This document shows positions 12,494 to 26,011 of a DNA stretch of 64,000 bases, in pieces (the first letter of the stretch is position 1; every line of letters starts with the position of its first letter). The notes beneath the pieces are model-generated. The model was not told the DNA's origin. It searched no databases and saw only the letters and a program-made list of their open reading frames with translations. Position numbers and translations under genes: made by a program. The DNA is from Octopus vulgaris (taxonomy: Eukaryota), in assembly GCA_951406725.2 (NCBI GenBank), contig OX597819.1, forward strand, positions 14,260,001 through 14,324,000, in the 5' to 3' direction.

Positions 12494-13388
12494 CAAAACT
12501 GCATTGTAGCCCTCACTACACTCACTCTCCGATAACTTAACTCTAATTACATGTTTCATCTTTGTAATTCTTTTCTCAATTTCCACACTTGTTTAATAGT
12601 TTATCATAGTCCTAATGTGTTTTTCTTTCGGTATCTCTTCCCGCTTTCCATCATTAATCTCTCCTGATGTTCCTGGTATCGGTGCCTCATCCTTCTCTGT
12701 ATCTCTCTCACTCGTTGTTGTTGGTATCTCTCATCTATCTTCCTTTCTTTTCTGCACACTAATTTTCTCCTCCGTAACAATTCCCTTTGGTATGGCTGGT
12801 CTTACACACTGAGTCTCCTATATTCTCCTATCTCTTTTTCAGCGGACTCTTGGGTGGCGAATTCACGTTTTCTTCTCTCTTCTTCTTCCTTTTTCCTACT
12901 GTATACTTTTCTCCCAAATTTTCTGTATTCTTTCCGCTTGATCAAATTGCCGACGTAAAGAAGGGTCTGTAGGTTCTGCATAACAACATTGGATGACATT
13001 GTTTCTTTTTAGAACCGCTTTGGGGGATATCATCATGAAAGGGGAGGTAGATTCCCGTCGTGGAAATGTGCTGCGTGGACGATTTTTAGGCCAACTTTTT
13101 AGGGTCCTTCCAACGTTGGGTAAGCAGTGCAACAGGGTAAAGATCTTTGTCAGCTCCCATTGACCCCAATTGCCAAGACCGTTGCTCTGTACAGCTGAAT
13201 TGCAGTGCCCAGTGCAACCTCTCTGTCGTCACCAAACTTTAAAAATATACACACTGAAACGAGATATCCGTTCAATGAAGCTTCGTTGTCATATTAGAAG
13301 CATGTATTCCTAGTAACTATCATCAGCGTGAAGGAGACAAATCCAGTGGTAAGGAGGGATGCGCAAGACAACTGGTATTGCCTTCAAG

Positions 13389-13617
13389 GCGGCGAGCTGG
13401 CAGAAACGTTAGCAGGCTGGGTGAAATACTTAGCGGTATTTCATCTGCGTTACGTTGTGAGTTTAAATTCTGCCGAGGTCGACTTTGCCTTTCATCCTTT
13501 TGGGGTCGATAAATTAAGTACCAGTTACGCACTGGGGTCGATGTAATCGACTTAATACCTATGTCTGTCCTTGTTTGTTCCCTCTGTGTTTAGCTCCTTG
13601 TGGGTAATAAAGAAATA
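13389..13617 (+). mobile_element. SINE family A monomer
   Basis: GGCGGCGAGCTGGCAGAA head; 15-bp TSD GGTATTGCCTTCAAG (13374-13388, 13618-13632). Confidence 0.9.
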
Positions 13618-14185
13618 GGTATTGCCTTCAAGCTATTGGAAGCATCATCCGGAAACAGTCTTCAAGGCAGAAATCTCTCTCTATCTCTCCCTTTCTCTCT
13701 CTCTCTCAAGATGAACTACTGTATCCCTTGTCTTCTGGATTAACCTTACATAGATTTACGGCTGAGGTTAATAAATCCCAAGGTATACATCTACCAGGAT
13801 CCGCATATAAACCATTACTCTGTGATCTTGTGCAGCTCCTGCGGCCACGGAGCGGCTTAACAAATGTCTTCGTGAGGGAGACGCTGTCTATTTTGCCAGC
13901 CGAGATTTCCAGATTGACTCCGATTCTTGGTTCAATGCTGAAGTTGACCAGTGACCGTCAGATGTAAGCAGAGCGAGAAGACAGTAGCCATACCTTTAAC
14001 CCGCCAAATACACAGCATTTTTGCACTAGATGTGTCACACAACCCTATAAATCACACTGATCCATCCAACCAACCAACCATACATACACATATAGGCATA
14101 CATACATACATACACACACACATACACACACACATACATATACGTACATACATACATACATACATACACATATACATACATACAT

Positions 14186-14225
<40 letters not shown>

Positions 14226-14418
14226 ACATACATACATACATACATACATACATACATACATACATACATACCTACATACATACATACACATATAGGCATA
14301 CATTTTCACATACATACGGACATACACATATACACACACAGGTTTTCTGGCGTCGTTTTGATCGCAGGTAATTGTATAAACTAGGTTAATCATGATAGAT
14401 GGAGAAATGTGTTTTAGC

Positions 14419-14495
<77 letters not shown>

Positions 14496-14506
14496 TAACA
14501 ATAACA

Positions 14507-14551
<45 letters not shown>

Positions 14552-14553
<2 letters not shown>

Positions 14554-14765
14554 CCTTTCTACTGGAAGCACAAGGTTTCAAATTTGGGGGAAAGGATTAA
14601 GTCGATTACATCGATCCCAGTGCGTAACTGGTACTAATTTTATCGACCCCGATAGGATGAAAGGCAAAGTCGACCTCGGCGGAATTTGAACTCAGAACGT
14701 AACGGCAGACGAAATACGGCTACGCATTTCGCCCGGCGTGCTAACGTTTCTGCCAGCTCGCCGCC
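14552..14765 (-). mobile_element. SINE family A (young head, older-type tail)
   Basis: Family A head and core; tail CCTTGTGC...GTAGAAAGGA instead of the GCCCCTTGTGGG tail. Confidence 0.8.
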
Positions 14766-14924
14766 TTAACAACAACAACAACAACAACAACAATTAGTCA
14801 AAAACACCAGTTTGCCGACGTAGTGGGGAAGATAAAACAAAATGTGCGAACTAAAACCGCGCGTATACGTCGCTTCCAAAAACGTTCCCAGGTTCTTCAA
14901 AGATAACAGCAGGTTTCAAAATAA

Positions 14925-16010
14925 TCCAAAGAAATTCCCTAAGAACTACAGACCCTTGACATGCCTTACAGCAATGTACAAAACCCTTACATCTCCCCCA
15001 ATGGATCGCACATATGCTTTTCTCATTCTCAACATCTTCCCTGATGAACAGAAAGGAATGGAACATTCAGGGATCAAATGTTAACCATCGGAAGGATTCG
15101 TGAAGTTTACCACAACAGCAAAAGCAACTCTCAGTGGCCTGGATAGACTACAAGAAGGCCTTTGATATTCTTTCACACAGATGGAAAACAAATGCTTGGA
15201 GATGTTCAAAATTTTACCAGTAATCAGGAATTTTGTATTTCATACCATAAAGCACTGGGAAACAACTTTAATATTCAACACCGACACAAATATAAACGCT
15301 GAACGAATCAATATTAATTGTGGAATCTTTCAAGGCGACTTATTATCGCCTTTGTTATTCTGCTTAGCACTGTTTTGTTTTTTCTGAGTAATTTGGATTG
15401 GAAGCACTCCGTCAGTTACGACGACGAGGGTTCCGGTTGATCCGAATCAACGGAACAGCCTGCTCGTGAAATTAACGTGTAAGTGGCTGAGCACTCCACA
15501 GACACGTGTACCTTTAACGTAGTTCTCGGGGATATTCAGCGTGACACAGAGAGTGACAAGGCCGGCCCTTTGAAATACAGGTACAACAGAAACAGGAAGT
15601 AAGAGTGAGAGAAAGTTGTGGTGAAAGAGTACAGCAGGGATCACCACCATCCCCTGCCGGAGCCTCGTGGAGCTTTAGGTGTTTTCGCTCAATAAACACT
15701 CACAACGCCCGGTCTGGGAATCGAAACAGCGATCCTATGACCGCGAGTCCGCTGCCCTAACCACTGGGCCATTGCGCCTCCACTTTTCTGAGTAAACTCC
15801 CTGAATGAAACAAATTATGGATACAGGGTGAATGGAAAAACAGTTAACCATCTCCTCTGTATGGATGTTTTGAAACTGTTCGCAAAACTTGACCAACAAC
15901 TGCAAGCATCTCTCCACAGCTAAACAATTTAGCGATAGCATCAGAATGGAATTTGGGCTTGGCAATTACACCAAAGCTATATTTACCAAGGGAAAACTAT
16001 CAAACACATG
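14925..16010 (+). pseudogene. Degraded reverse transcriptase of an R4/Dong-like non-LTR retrotransposon, interrupted by a SINE
   Basis: NYRPLTCL, EQKG, WIDYKKAFD, GIFQGDLLSPLLFCLAL, NHLLCMDVLKLFAK (YMDD-like), IRMEFGL; frameshifts. Confidence 0.8.
15392..15783 (-). mobile_element. SINE family B, full length
   Basis: 12-bp TSD TTTTCTGAGTAA (15380-15391, 15784-15795). Confidence 0.9.
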
Positions 16011-17128
16011 CAGCATCACCCTACCCTAGATAGAAACCTCCATTTGTGTTTTTGATATAAAACGACAAAAATAGCACTTTCGTATTCCCGTTAACCAATG
16101 AAAATCTTTGATTTTATATGTGACTGTTTCACTTGGTGATTCCAAGTATTTTGGGTTCCACGTATCCTCTAGATAATGGTAAAGATAATCTTTTTCCTAG
16201 GGACTGATGTTGTAAACAAAAATCTATTAATGTCTGTCTTTATTTATTGCGCGTTTCTAAAGTAATTGTGACGTCACTGAATCTTTTAGCGATCCGTCAT
16301 CAATTTCGCTGTTTACATACACGCATACATACTATCACGCACGCACACAACACTTAAACATTTACATACACATAGATAGACATACGCACATATATATTTC
16401 CATATGTACATAAGTATGTAAGTAATATTTACATACATAGTATGTTCTTTTATTCTTTTACTTGTTTCAGTCATTTGACTGCGGCTATGCTGGAGCACTG
16501 CCTATTCCACATATACAAAAACAGCCATACTAATAATCCAACATACCTCCTTCATCAGCTGCCCCACGGATATCATTATGGTTTCGACACCTGGGCAGTA
16601 CCATTCAATCCGGCGGTGTCAAGAGCACTAAAATAAGTGTTGTTTGGAAACAAATATACCAAAGATACCAAAAAATAATAACCAACTCCTAAATATGTAA
16701 CTAAACATATGTTTAGTTTCATATTTAACAGAAGCCAAACACTTAAGTGATACATTCTATTCCTTACAATCTTCCATAGTATAATAGCCGAGGATTGTAT
16801 GAAACGTTTTGTACCTTTATTAGAAGTTTTGTACCATGTTTTTTTTTTTTTTTTTTGAGGGTCAAGACTTTTCATAGACCCCTCGTAAAAGCGAAAGCTT
16901 AAGAGCCACATTCATTCAATCTAAAGATAGGCAGGACTAAACACTCACTTTAAAATTAAACTACAGCAAAGAATCACATATTGTTTCCGTCTACTAAAAT
17001 CCACTCACGAGGCTTTGGTCAGCATGAGGCTATAGTAAAAGACACTTGCCCAAGGTGCCACGCAGTGGGACTGAACCCAGAATCAGGTGGTTGGGAACCA
17101 AACTTCTTACCATGCAGCCACGCCTGCG

Positions 17129-17278
<150 letters not shown>

Positions 17279-17374
17279 CGGGAAGGTTTACGAAAATAAA
17301 CAAAAGACGAAGGCGGGTGGAGTACAAACAAACAAATGTATTAGTATAGCGCTCAGGAATAGAAATAGAAAATG

Positions 17375-17412
17375 TCTTCTACGTTTCGAGCCTACGCTCT
17401 TCGACAGAAAGA
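17375..17412 (-). ncRNA. Minimal hammerhead ribozyme motif with variant core, in a (TA)n-embedded fragment
   Basis: Minus strand TCTTT CTGTCGA A GAGC-GTAG-GCTC GAAA CGTA GAAGA; stems I and II pair, helix III is palindromic ACGT; core A6 is replaced by T. Confidence 0.6.
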
Positions 17413-17474
17413 TACACAGAAAAAAACAAGGAGAGAAACATGGAGAGAAAAAATGCGTGTAGGAGCTAACGATC

Positions 17475-17513
<39 letters not shown>

Positions 17514-17683
17514 AGGGTGGCCCAAAAGTAGGTTTGCAGTTATTCAACTGACTTTTTCACATTTATATATTAACAGTTTAGATCTTAATTATAAAAGAAA
17601 TATGATGGAGCACCTCCACATTATGCGTTGACAGTTAGAGACTACCTTAACCAAGCCTTTCCACAGCCTTGGTTTGGAAGATA

Positions 17684-18069
17684 ATAGTGGAAGCACTCCG
17701 TCGGTTACGACGACGAGGGTTCCAGTTGATCTGATCAACGGAACAGCCTGCTCGTGAAATTAACGTGTAAGTGGCTGAGCACTCCACAGACACGTGCACC
17801 CTTAACGTAGTTCTCGGGGATATTCAGCGTGACACAGAGAGTGACAAGGCCGGCCCCTTGAAATACAGGTACAACAGAAACAGGATATACGAGTGAGGGA
17901 AAGTTGTGGTGAAAGAGTACAGCAGGGATCACCACCATCCCCTGCCGGAGCCTCGTGGAGCTTTAGGTGTTTTCGCTCAATAAACACTCACAACGCCCGG
18001 TCTGGGAATCGAAACCGCGATCCTACGACCGCGACTCCGCTGCCCTAACCACTGGGCCATTGCGCCTCC
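17684..18069 (-). mobile_element. SINE family B, full length
   Basis: 13-bp TSD GGTTTGGAAGATA (17671-17683, 18070-18082). Confidence 0.9.
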
Positions 18070-18405
18070 GGTTTGGAAGATAGGGCAGCATCGAATGGCC
18101 AACACCTTCACCTGACCTGACATCAATGGATTTCCTTATTAGGGTGTTGTAAAGAACAAGGTTTATGAGAAGACTCCCAAAACAGTAAATGAATTTTTAG
18201 AGATTACGTATCTGCCGCATTCATTGAAATTGATGGAGATCGGAATTTGTGCTGCACTGTGTGTCAGAATATTCTGAAGAGGTTTGAAGAATGTTGCAAT
18301 GTTGAAGGCGGACACTTTGAGCATCTGGGAGATTAAGCATTGTTTAAGAGGTGCATAAACAATATGATCGTAAGACAGAAATCTAAATGTATAATATTTC
18401 AATAT

Positions 18406-18654
18406 GTGAAGGCGCAATGGTCCAGTGGTTAGGGCAGCGGACTCGCGTTCGTAGGATCGCGGTTTCGATTCCCAGACCGGTCGTTGTGAGTGTTTACTGA
18501 GCGAAAGCACCTAAAGCTCCACGCGGCTCCGACAGAAGGTGGTGGCGATCCCAGCGGGGTGGCGTCATTTGACGGCTAAAACAATGCGAAGCGCATTGTG
18601 ACCAGCGTTGTGTAGCAAAATCTGATAGCTTGGTCAGACACGGTAATCACGGTG
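18406..18654 (+). mobile_element. SINE with family B head and a different tail
   Basis: Same tRNA head and core; tail GGCTAAAACAATGCGAAGCGC...CACGGTAATCACGGTG; 12-bp TSD ATATTTCAATAT (18394-18405, 18655-18666). Confidence 0.85.
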
Positions 18655-18761
18655 ATATTTCAATATAAAATTTACGTGCCTACGTGCTAACTGTAAACCT
18701 ACTTTTGATACATAACTTTATTACAAACGTGACGTATATTTGCCATTTGAATATGGCTAAC

Positions 18762-19654
18762 GGATCTTTTCAATTCTGAAGCCAGGACCACAGATCTTTC
18801 TACTTAACTAAATATTCTGAAACTTCGTATGCTGATAGAGTCTAGCAAAACAAGACACAGGTTGGAACTAGTTTATTTGAGAAAAATCTATTTTATGACT
18901 TTAATCGTAGATTAAAACTGCGAATTTTAACCAATCAGATTGTTTGTTTTCATGTGTAAAACTTGACTGCATTCTATTAGTGTGACGTACTAACGCATTC
19001 TATTTTGTGACGTACTAACGTTCGGAAAACTGTAAACAAACACAGAACGTAACGGCAGACGAAATACGGCTACGCATTTCGCCCGGCGTGCTAACGTTTC
19101 TGCCAGCTCTTTGCTTTTTTAATATTAAATTTCTTGCCTTTTGCACAAATAAATACAATAAGTGAAATGAAACGCATTAGCTTAGAAACGAAATCTTGTT
19201 AGAAGCCTCGTCACTGAGATGCCACTTCTTAATAGCAAACGAAAGCAAGTACTAACAGAATGGAAACATTTTCAATTTAATACATGTGGCTTATTAACTA
19301 GTTTTAAATATTGTTATTAGAAGGTGGCTGACTATAGGATCCTGGAAACATGAGTACGTTAAATAATTAGAAGGAGATTTCACGGAGACATGCGGCTTGT
19401 TTACATTTAAGATGTTTAATACGTCACCAAATTGGTGGTCGAGACGGAGTAAATAAAATAAAGCCAAATGACGGAATATCATTGGTTAAAATTCTAATTA
19501 TTAAACAACGTTAAACTTAGAAGTTACAATTCCGTTTTCATTCTGGTTTACAATTAAGTTTACTTTTGACACATTCTACCAGTATACGAAGTTTCAAATT
19601 GTTTGGTTCAGTAGGAAAAATTTGAAAAAACTGGCTTCAGAATTGAAAAGATCC
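18762..19654. mobile_element. Non-autonomous DNA transposon with 24-bp TIRs and 8-bp TSD
   Basis: Perfect TIR GGATCTTTTCAATTCTGAAGCCAG; TSD TGGCTAAC (18754-18761, 19655-19662); no ORF. Confidence 0.9.
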
Positions 19655-20485
19655 TGGCTAACCCCTAAGGGTGGATGCTACTGTAGTTTGTAGCCCCAGG
19701 AAGACACCTCCTGCAGCTGGCTATAGACACACTTTCTGTGCCCTATCAGTATTTGTGAAGGGAAGTCATCCCGTCTTCAACTTATGATACACACGGACTC
19801 GAGTTTCAAGGTATTGACCTATCATCGGCGTGTGAGACTCATGGTTGTCGACGAGAAGTCAGTTTCCCTCACAAATACATATACTTTTTCCAGTATCGAT
19901 TGACACTGATATTGAAAAAGTGAAATCAAACAATGATAAATCTCAGAGCGAGTTATAAACAGTAGCGGCAACACAAACTTTATGATGAAAAAAAGTTGGC
20001 ATTTTATATACAGTCTTGTAGCGAATAATATTTTCGATGTGTGTACTGGGAAACCTTTACACACACACACAGACACCCCACGTATACATACACAGATACA
20101 CATATACATACACCCGCAAACCTCTTACGTACATACATACAAACATATATACATATCTACATAGATATTTATATCTACATAATAGTAGAAATAGAGATAC
20201 ACATACATAGATAGATGCACGCGTATATGGACACCCATAGGCATTTGTATAAATCCATTTAACATACATACACAGAACGTTTAGTACAAAGCTTTTGATG
20301 ACAACGTCTTGCCATTCATTAGTCCAGCGGACAGTATTTGTAACGTCACAACGTATTTAGTTATCCGCCATTGTCTTTACACAAACAAACATATTTAAAG
20401 AGCTAAATATATATGTATACACAGACACACATACACATGTCTTTAGTACATATCTTTTGATGAAAAGAAATCGACCGTATATATT

Positions 20486-20520
<35 letters not shown>

Positions 20521-20550
20521 ATTATATATATATATATAGATGAGTGTGTG

Positions 20551-20602
<52 letters not shown>

Positions 20603-20688
20603 TGTGTATACATATATATATGTGTGTGTGTATATATGTATGTATATGTAAGTATATATATATATATATATATATACGTGTGTGTGTG

Positions 20689-20728
<40 letters not shown>

Positions 20729-21168
20729 TAAATAAATGGCACAACGAACCACCGATATTTACTGGAAAATTGAAGGCTAAAACAATGCGAAGCGCATTGT
20801 GACAGCGTTATGTAGCAAAATCTGATAGCCTGGTCGGTTACGGTTATCACGGTGATAGTTCAATATAAAATTTTAAGTGCCTACGTGATAACTGTAAACC
20901 TTACTTTTGATACATAACTTTATTACAAACTTTATGATGAAAAGAAGTTGGCATTTTATCTACAGTCTTGTAGCGAATAATATTTTGGATGTGTGTACTG
21001 GGAAACCTTTACACACACACACACAGACACCCCACGCATACATACACAGATACACATATACATACACCCGCAAAAGTATATATCTAGCGGTGAGATTTTC
21101 TATTCATCCAGCCATTATTATATTTTCTAAGATACAATTCAAACAAACACTTCAAAAAGACAGAGATA

Positions 21169-21390
21169 TATTTCTTTATTGCCCACAAGGGGCTAAACAT
21201 AGAGGGGACAGACAAAGGGATTAAGTCGATTACATCGACCCCAGTGCGTAACTGGTACTTAATTTATCGACCCCGAAAGGATGAAAGGCAAAGTCGACCT
21301 CGGCGGAATTTGAACTCACAACGTAACGGCAGACGAAATGCGGCTACGCATTACGCCCGGCGTGCTAACGGTTTCTGCCAGCTCGCCGCC
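21169..21390 (-). mobile_element. SINE family A monomer
   Basis: Full head and tail; TSD-like TTCAAAAA(A)GACAGAGATA on both sides. Confidence 0.85.
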
Positions 21391-21705
21391 AATTCAAAAA
21401 AGACAGAGATAATTAAAGACAAAGTGACGTCACGGTCTTAGCTACTTTTCTCCCCATCGTCTTCTCTCCCACTCCCTACTTAAATTGAGTTTTCTCTTTC
21501 TCCGCCTAAACCTTCTCCTCTCTCGCTTTGCACCCACTCAGGCTCAGACATCGAGTTGTCTTCTGTTATAGGCTTAAATCCTTAAAATGTTTTAGCCCGT
21601 AGGCCGCGGCCATGCTGGGGCACCACCGCTGTGAATGAAAATCAGAAAACTACGCAGAAATTATAAGTTACATATAAGTACAGACCCATTTTTCTGCATT
21701 TCTAT

Positions 21706-22148
21706 TTTTACTCTTTTTTACTCTTTTTTTTTTACTTGTTTCAGTCATTTGACTGCGGCCATGCTGGAGCACCGCCTTTAGTCGAGCAAATCGACCCCAG
21801 GACTTATTCTTTGTAAGCCTAGTACTTATTCTATCGGCCTTTTTTTTTTGCCAAACCGCTATGTTACGGGAACGTAAAGACACTAGCATCGGTTGTCAAG
21901 CGATGTTGGGGGAGGGGGAGACAAACACAGACACACAAACATATACACACACACACTTACATGTATACATATATATACACATATACGACGGGCTTCTTTC
22001 AGTTTCCGTCTACCAAATCCACTCACAAGGCTTTGGTCAGCCGTAGGCTATAGCAGAAGACACTTGCCCAAGGTGCCACGCAGTGGGAATGAACCCGGAA
22101 CCATGTGGTCGGTAAGCAAGCTACTTATCACACAGCCACTCCTGCGCC
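21706..22148 (-). mobile_element. SINE family C
   Basis: Reverse complement of the 2332-2727 family. Confidence 0.85.
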
Positions 22149-22627
22149 TGTGATCTATGTATGTATGTATGTATGTATGTATGTATGTATGTATGTATGT
22201 ATGTATGTATGTATTATTTATTTATTTATGTATGTATGTATGTATGTATATATCTATCTATCTAGATAGATAGATAGATAAATAGATAGATAGTGAGTGA
22301 GTGAGAGAGTAAAAGGGAAGAAAGGGAGAGAGAAAGGTTGAGAGAAGAAGAAGAGAGAGAGAGAGAGCGAGTGGTGGATAGAGAGCTTTATCGTTGTATT
22401 GTGTTCTGTATTGATATAAGTAATAGCTGTTGTTATGTCACTCTATTGAAGCCATTATGTCTTTCACAATTGGACAGGTTAATAGAATATTTATATATTT
22501 CTCAGTCTTTGCTGTTGATGTTTACTTAAATGGCTACTTTGAAACGAAAACATCTCTTCACAAGTCGACATATATCTATTATATGTCCTCCAGCTTGTAC
22601 TCTCCAAATTTCTCTCAAATACCTTAG

Positions 22628-22910
22628 CTCGTTCGTCGTTGTCGACGATGACTAAGGGCATCGCATGAGAGGAGAAGACTTGGACTCGTTGTGTCCGACT
22701 GTGGCCAGTCAGTCCGATTGGCGTGCTCTGAAGGCTTTGCCGCAGGGGCCGGGCACTGATGGTCGGTTGGGATTGAAAGCAAGGAGCTTGGCTCTGGACT
22801 TGCGCAGTTCACATTTCCTTTGTTGTACTCTTGCAATCCTGTTTTGTTCGTCGGAGGTGGGGCCTATGTTAGCGCAGCTTCGCCCGACAGAACGGTCTTG
22901 TACTTTTGTG
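22628..22910 (-). mobile_element. 3' end of an RTE-clade LINE
   Basis: QDRS...EQNRIARVQQRKCELRKSRA...PCGKAFRAR (degenerate C-terminal zinc-finger region typical of RTE ORFs), followed by a CGTCG-N4-CGACG 3' stem-loop. Confidence 0.7.
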
Positions 22911-23053
22911 CTTTGTGCTTTTGTGCTTAGAAACATCAGTGCGGTGCCCTGTTGGTGACTGGTAATAAAGTCACATGAAAAATTAATTTATGGGATCCGG
23001 ACAACCCCTCCCCACGACAAAATCCTCTCCCCCCATTCCCCGGACAAAACCCC

Positions 23054-23450
23054 TGTGACTTTTTTCCTGTGACTTTATTACCGTGACTTTTTTCCTGTGA
23101 CTTTATTACCGTGACTTTTTTCCCCTGAGATTTTATTACCGTGACTTTTTCTGTGACTTTATTACCGTGACTTTTTTCTGTGACTTTATTACCGTGACTG
23201 TTTTCTGTGACTTTATTACCGTGACTTTTTCTGTGACTTTATTACCGTGACTTTTTTCTGTGACTTTATTACCGTGACTGTTTTCTGTGACTTTATTACC
23301 GTGACTTTTTTCTGTGACTTTATTACCGTGACTTTTTCCTGTGACTTTATTACCGTGACTGTTTTCTGTGACTTTATTACCGTGACTTTTTTCCTGTGAC
23401 TTTATTACCGTGACTTTTTTCCTGTGATTTTTTAACCTGCGACTTTTTTG
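23054..23450. repeat. Minisatellite with 26-29-bp unit GTGACTTTATTACCGTGACTTTTTT(C)CT
   Basis: About 14 tandem units, each made of two GTGACTTT subunits; one inverted copy at 22961-22975. Confidence 0.95.
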
Positions 23451-23910
23451 CCTGGATTCGTCCTATATAGACGACCATCCATAGGCATCTGTAGCATTGC
23501 TTGTCTGATTTCAGAAAAATAGCTCAATGTCAAAGAAGTTGTAAGAGTCGGGTTGTATTTTTTTCTTGTTTTAAAATCAAAGAAGAACATTTACTTTAAT
23601 CAACCTTTATCGTTATATCTTCTAACAGTGTTGTAACTTCATTCAAAGCTCTTCCTTAAATATTCTGGCTTGTCTTCAGCTCGTCCGCAAAGAAGCCAGG
23701 GGCCAGCTTAGAAAAGTGAAAATATTTCATTATGTCAAAACTAAGTCATTCAGTCTTTTTCTTTTGATCTTCTTCCGAAAGACCGGGGAATTATCTTCAA
23801 GAATATAATTCAGTCTTTCTCAAAGTGACTTCCGACGAACTCGAAGGCTTCGTGACAAACATCTGGTGACTCTATGTGGTGTATGTACAGACATACATAC
23901 ATACATACAT

Positions 23911-23959
<49 letters not shown>

Positions 23960-24386
23960 AAGACACAAACACACACACACACAAACGTATATACGACAGG
24001 TTTCTTTCAGTTTCCGGATGCCAAATCCACTCACAAGGCATTGGTCGGCTCGAGTCTAGAGTAGAAGGCAGGCACTTGCCCTCGGTGCCGCTGAGGACGG
24101 GTGATGACTGGGAATGGAGACGAAGCAATCGAGGAAGGGCGAAAAAGATCCATTTCTTGGATTTTGAGAGTAAATAAGGGTGTGGGTGTGTGTGAAGGAA
24201 GGAGAGAAAGAGAGAAGAGAGAGAGAGAGGGAGAGAGAGAAGAAAGAGAGAGAGCATTAGAAACAGCAGTAATAGTAACGATTCAAAGACCTGAGACTCG
24301 GGACGTTGAAAGCCGAATCGAACTCAAAACATAAAGGGTTGTCTTTAAATACCACAGTTCATCTTATCCGACGCTCTCCCGATTCT

Positions 24387-25123
24387 TATTTCTTTATTGC
24401 CCACAAGGGGCTACACACAGAGGTGGCAAACAAGGACAGACAAACGGATTAAGTCGATTATGTCGACCTCAGTGCATAACTGGTACTTAATTTATCGACC
24501 CCGAAAGGATGAAAGGCAAAGTCGACCTCGGCGGAATTTGAACTCAGAACGTAGCGGCAGACGAAATACCTATTTCTTTACTACCCACAAGGGGTTAAAC
24601 ACAGAGAGGACAAACAAGGACAGACAAACGGATTAAGTCGACTATACCGACCTCAGTGCGTAACTGGTACTTAATTTATCGACCCCGAAAGGATGAAAGG
24701 CAAAGTCGACCTCGGCGGAATTTGAAGTCAGAACGTAGCGGCAGACGAAATACCTATTTCTTTACTACCCACAAGGGGTTAAACACAGAAGGGACAAACA
24801 AGGACAGACAAATGGATTAAGTCGATTATATCAACTCCAGTGCGTAACTGGTACTTATTTACCGATCCCGAAAAGATGAAAGGCAAAGTCGACCTTGGCA
24901 GACAAAATACCTATTTCTTTACTACCCACAAGGGGCTAAACACAGAGAGGACAAACAAGGACAGACAAACGGATTAAGTCGATCATATCGACCCCAGTGC
25001 GTAACTTGTACTTACTTAATCTACCTCGAAAGGATGAAAGGCAAAGTTGACCTCGGCGGAATTTGAACTCAGAACTCAGAACGTAGCAGCAGACGAAATA
25101 CCGGCGTGCTAACGTTTCTGCCA
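24387..25123 (-). mobile_element. SINE family A tandem tetramer
   Basis: Four head-to-tail units joined at AAAGAAATA|GGTATTT; the array is bounded by one TSD-like repeat GCTCTCYCGATTCT. Confidence 0.9.
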
Positions 25124-25583
25124 GCTCTCTCGATTCTGCCTAACATATGTCCCTGCTTTTATGTTAGAGCTGTGTCACTCTAAAATTTATAGCGTATAAC
25201 TGAGTACCAATCTCATACACCATTGTAGCCACCCGTCTTGTTGTGTCTGTGTGTCGTCACTGTATAACTTACGTCATATATCTCACATATAGTTAGATCA
25301 ATTCACCATTGTAGCCACTCGTATTACTGTCTATATATCACTAGATATCATATGTAATATCAGTTAGCTCAATATGCTTTTGTATCCCGCTCCTTCCACT
25401 CGTATTGCCGTGTCTGTCTATCACCTCTCTTACATTCATCCGTTCTGCTATTTTTTTAAAATAATCTCTTTCGATAAATAAAACCCAGACTACAATGGCA
25501 GCTGGTGAGTAAATATAGAAACGTGAACGCCGTACAGGTTGCTTAATGACATTATTGTTTTATAGATGCGAAAATCGATCAGT

Positions 25584-25669
<86 letters not shown>

Positions 25670-25803
25670 CACAGCAGAATTAATTACTGAATCTGCTAAC
25701 AAACAATTAAAATATAAACAACAAAAGGAAAGATTTCTCTTTCTTTCTTCCTTCACACCTGGGTGGATATTTAAAAATAACGAGCTATTACTGGTAGGTG
25801 TAA

Positions 25804-25846
<43 letters not shown>

Positions 25847-26011
25847 CACACACAACCCCCACCACACACACACACACACACACACACAAACAAAGATGGT
25901 TGTTATTTTCAGCATCAGTCTCTTAGTATTCTGTCGACTAAGCACAAGCAATAATCATTGAAACCACGAGCCAATGAAAGATCCTGTACGCGGTCGCTCG
26001 ACCTGCTAGAT

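Larger units (their letters stand above)
17513..18707 (+). mobile_element. Internally deleted DD41D (rosa-type) Tc1/mariner element hosting two SINEs
   Basis: TA|CAGGGTGGCCCAAAAGTAGGTTTGCAGTT with a partial inverse at 18689-18707; after removing the SINE, DGAPPH...WPTPSPDLTSMD gives 41 residues between the two Ds. Confidence 0.8.

Noticed and set aside
12780-13240. LTR retrotransposon leader/gag on the minus strand (TGGTGACGAC, PBS-like)
   Set aside because: No LTR pair, imperfect tRNA complement and no recognisable gag motif.
21244-21441. Recurrent peptide [25 protein letters not shown]
   Set aside because: Antisense translation of SINE family A, not a gene family.
23054-23450. CRISPR-like regular repeat
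   Set aside because: No unique spacers, no cas genes, eukaryotic context.
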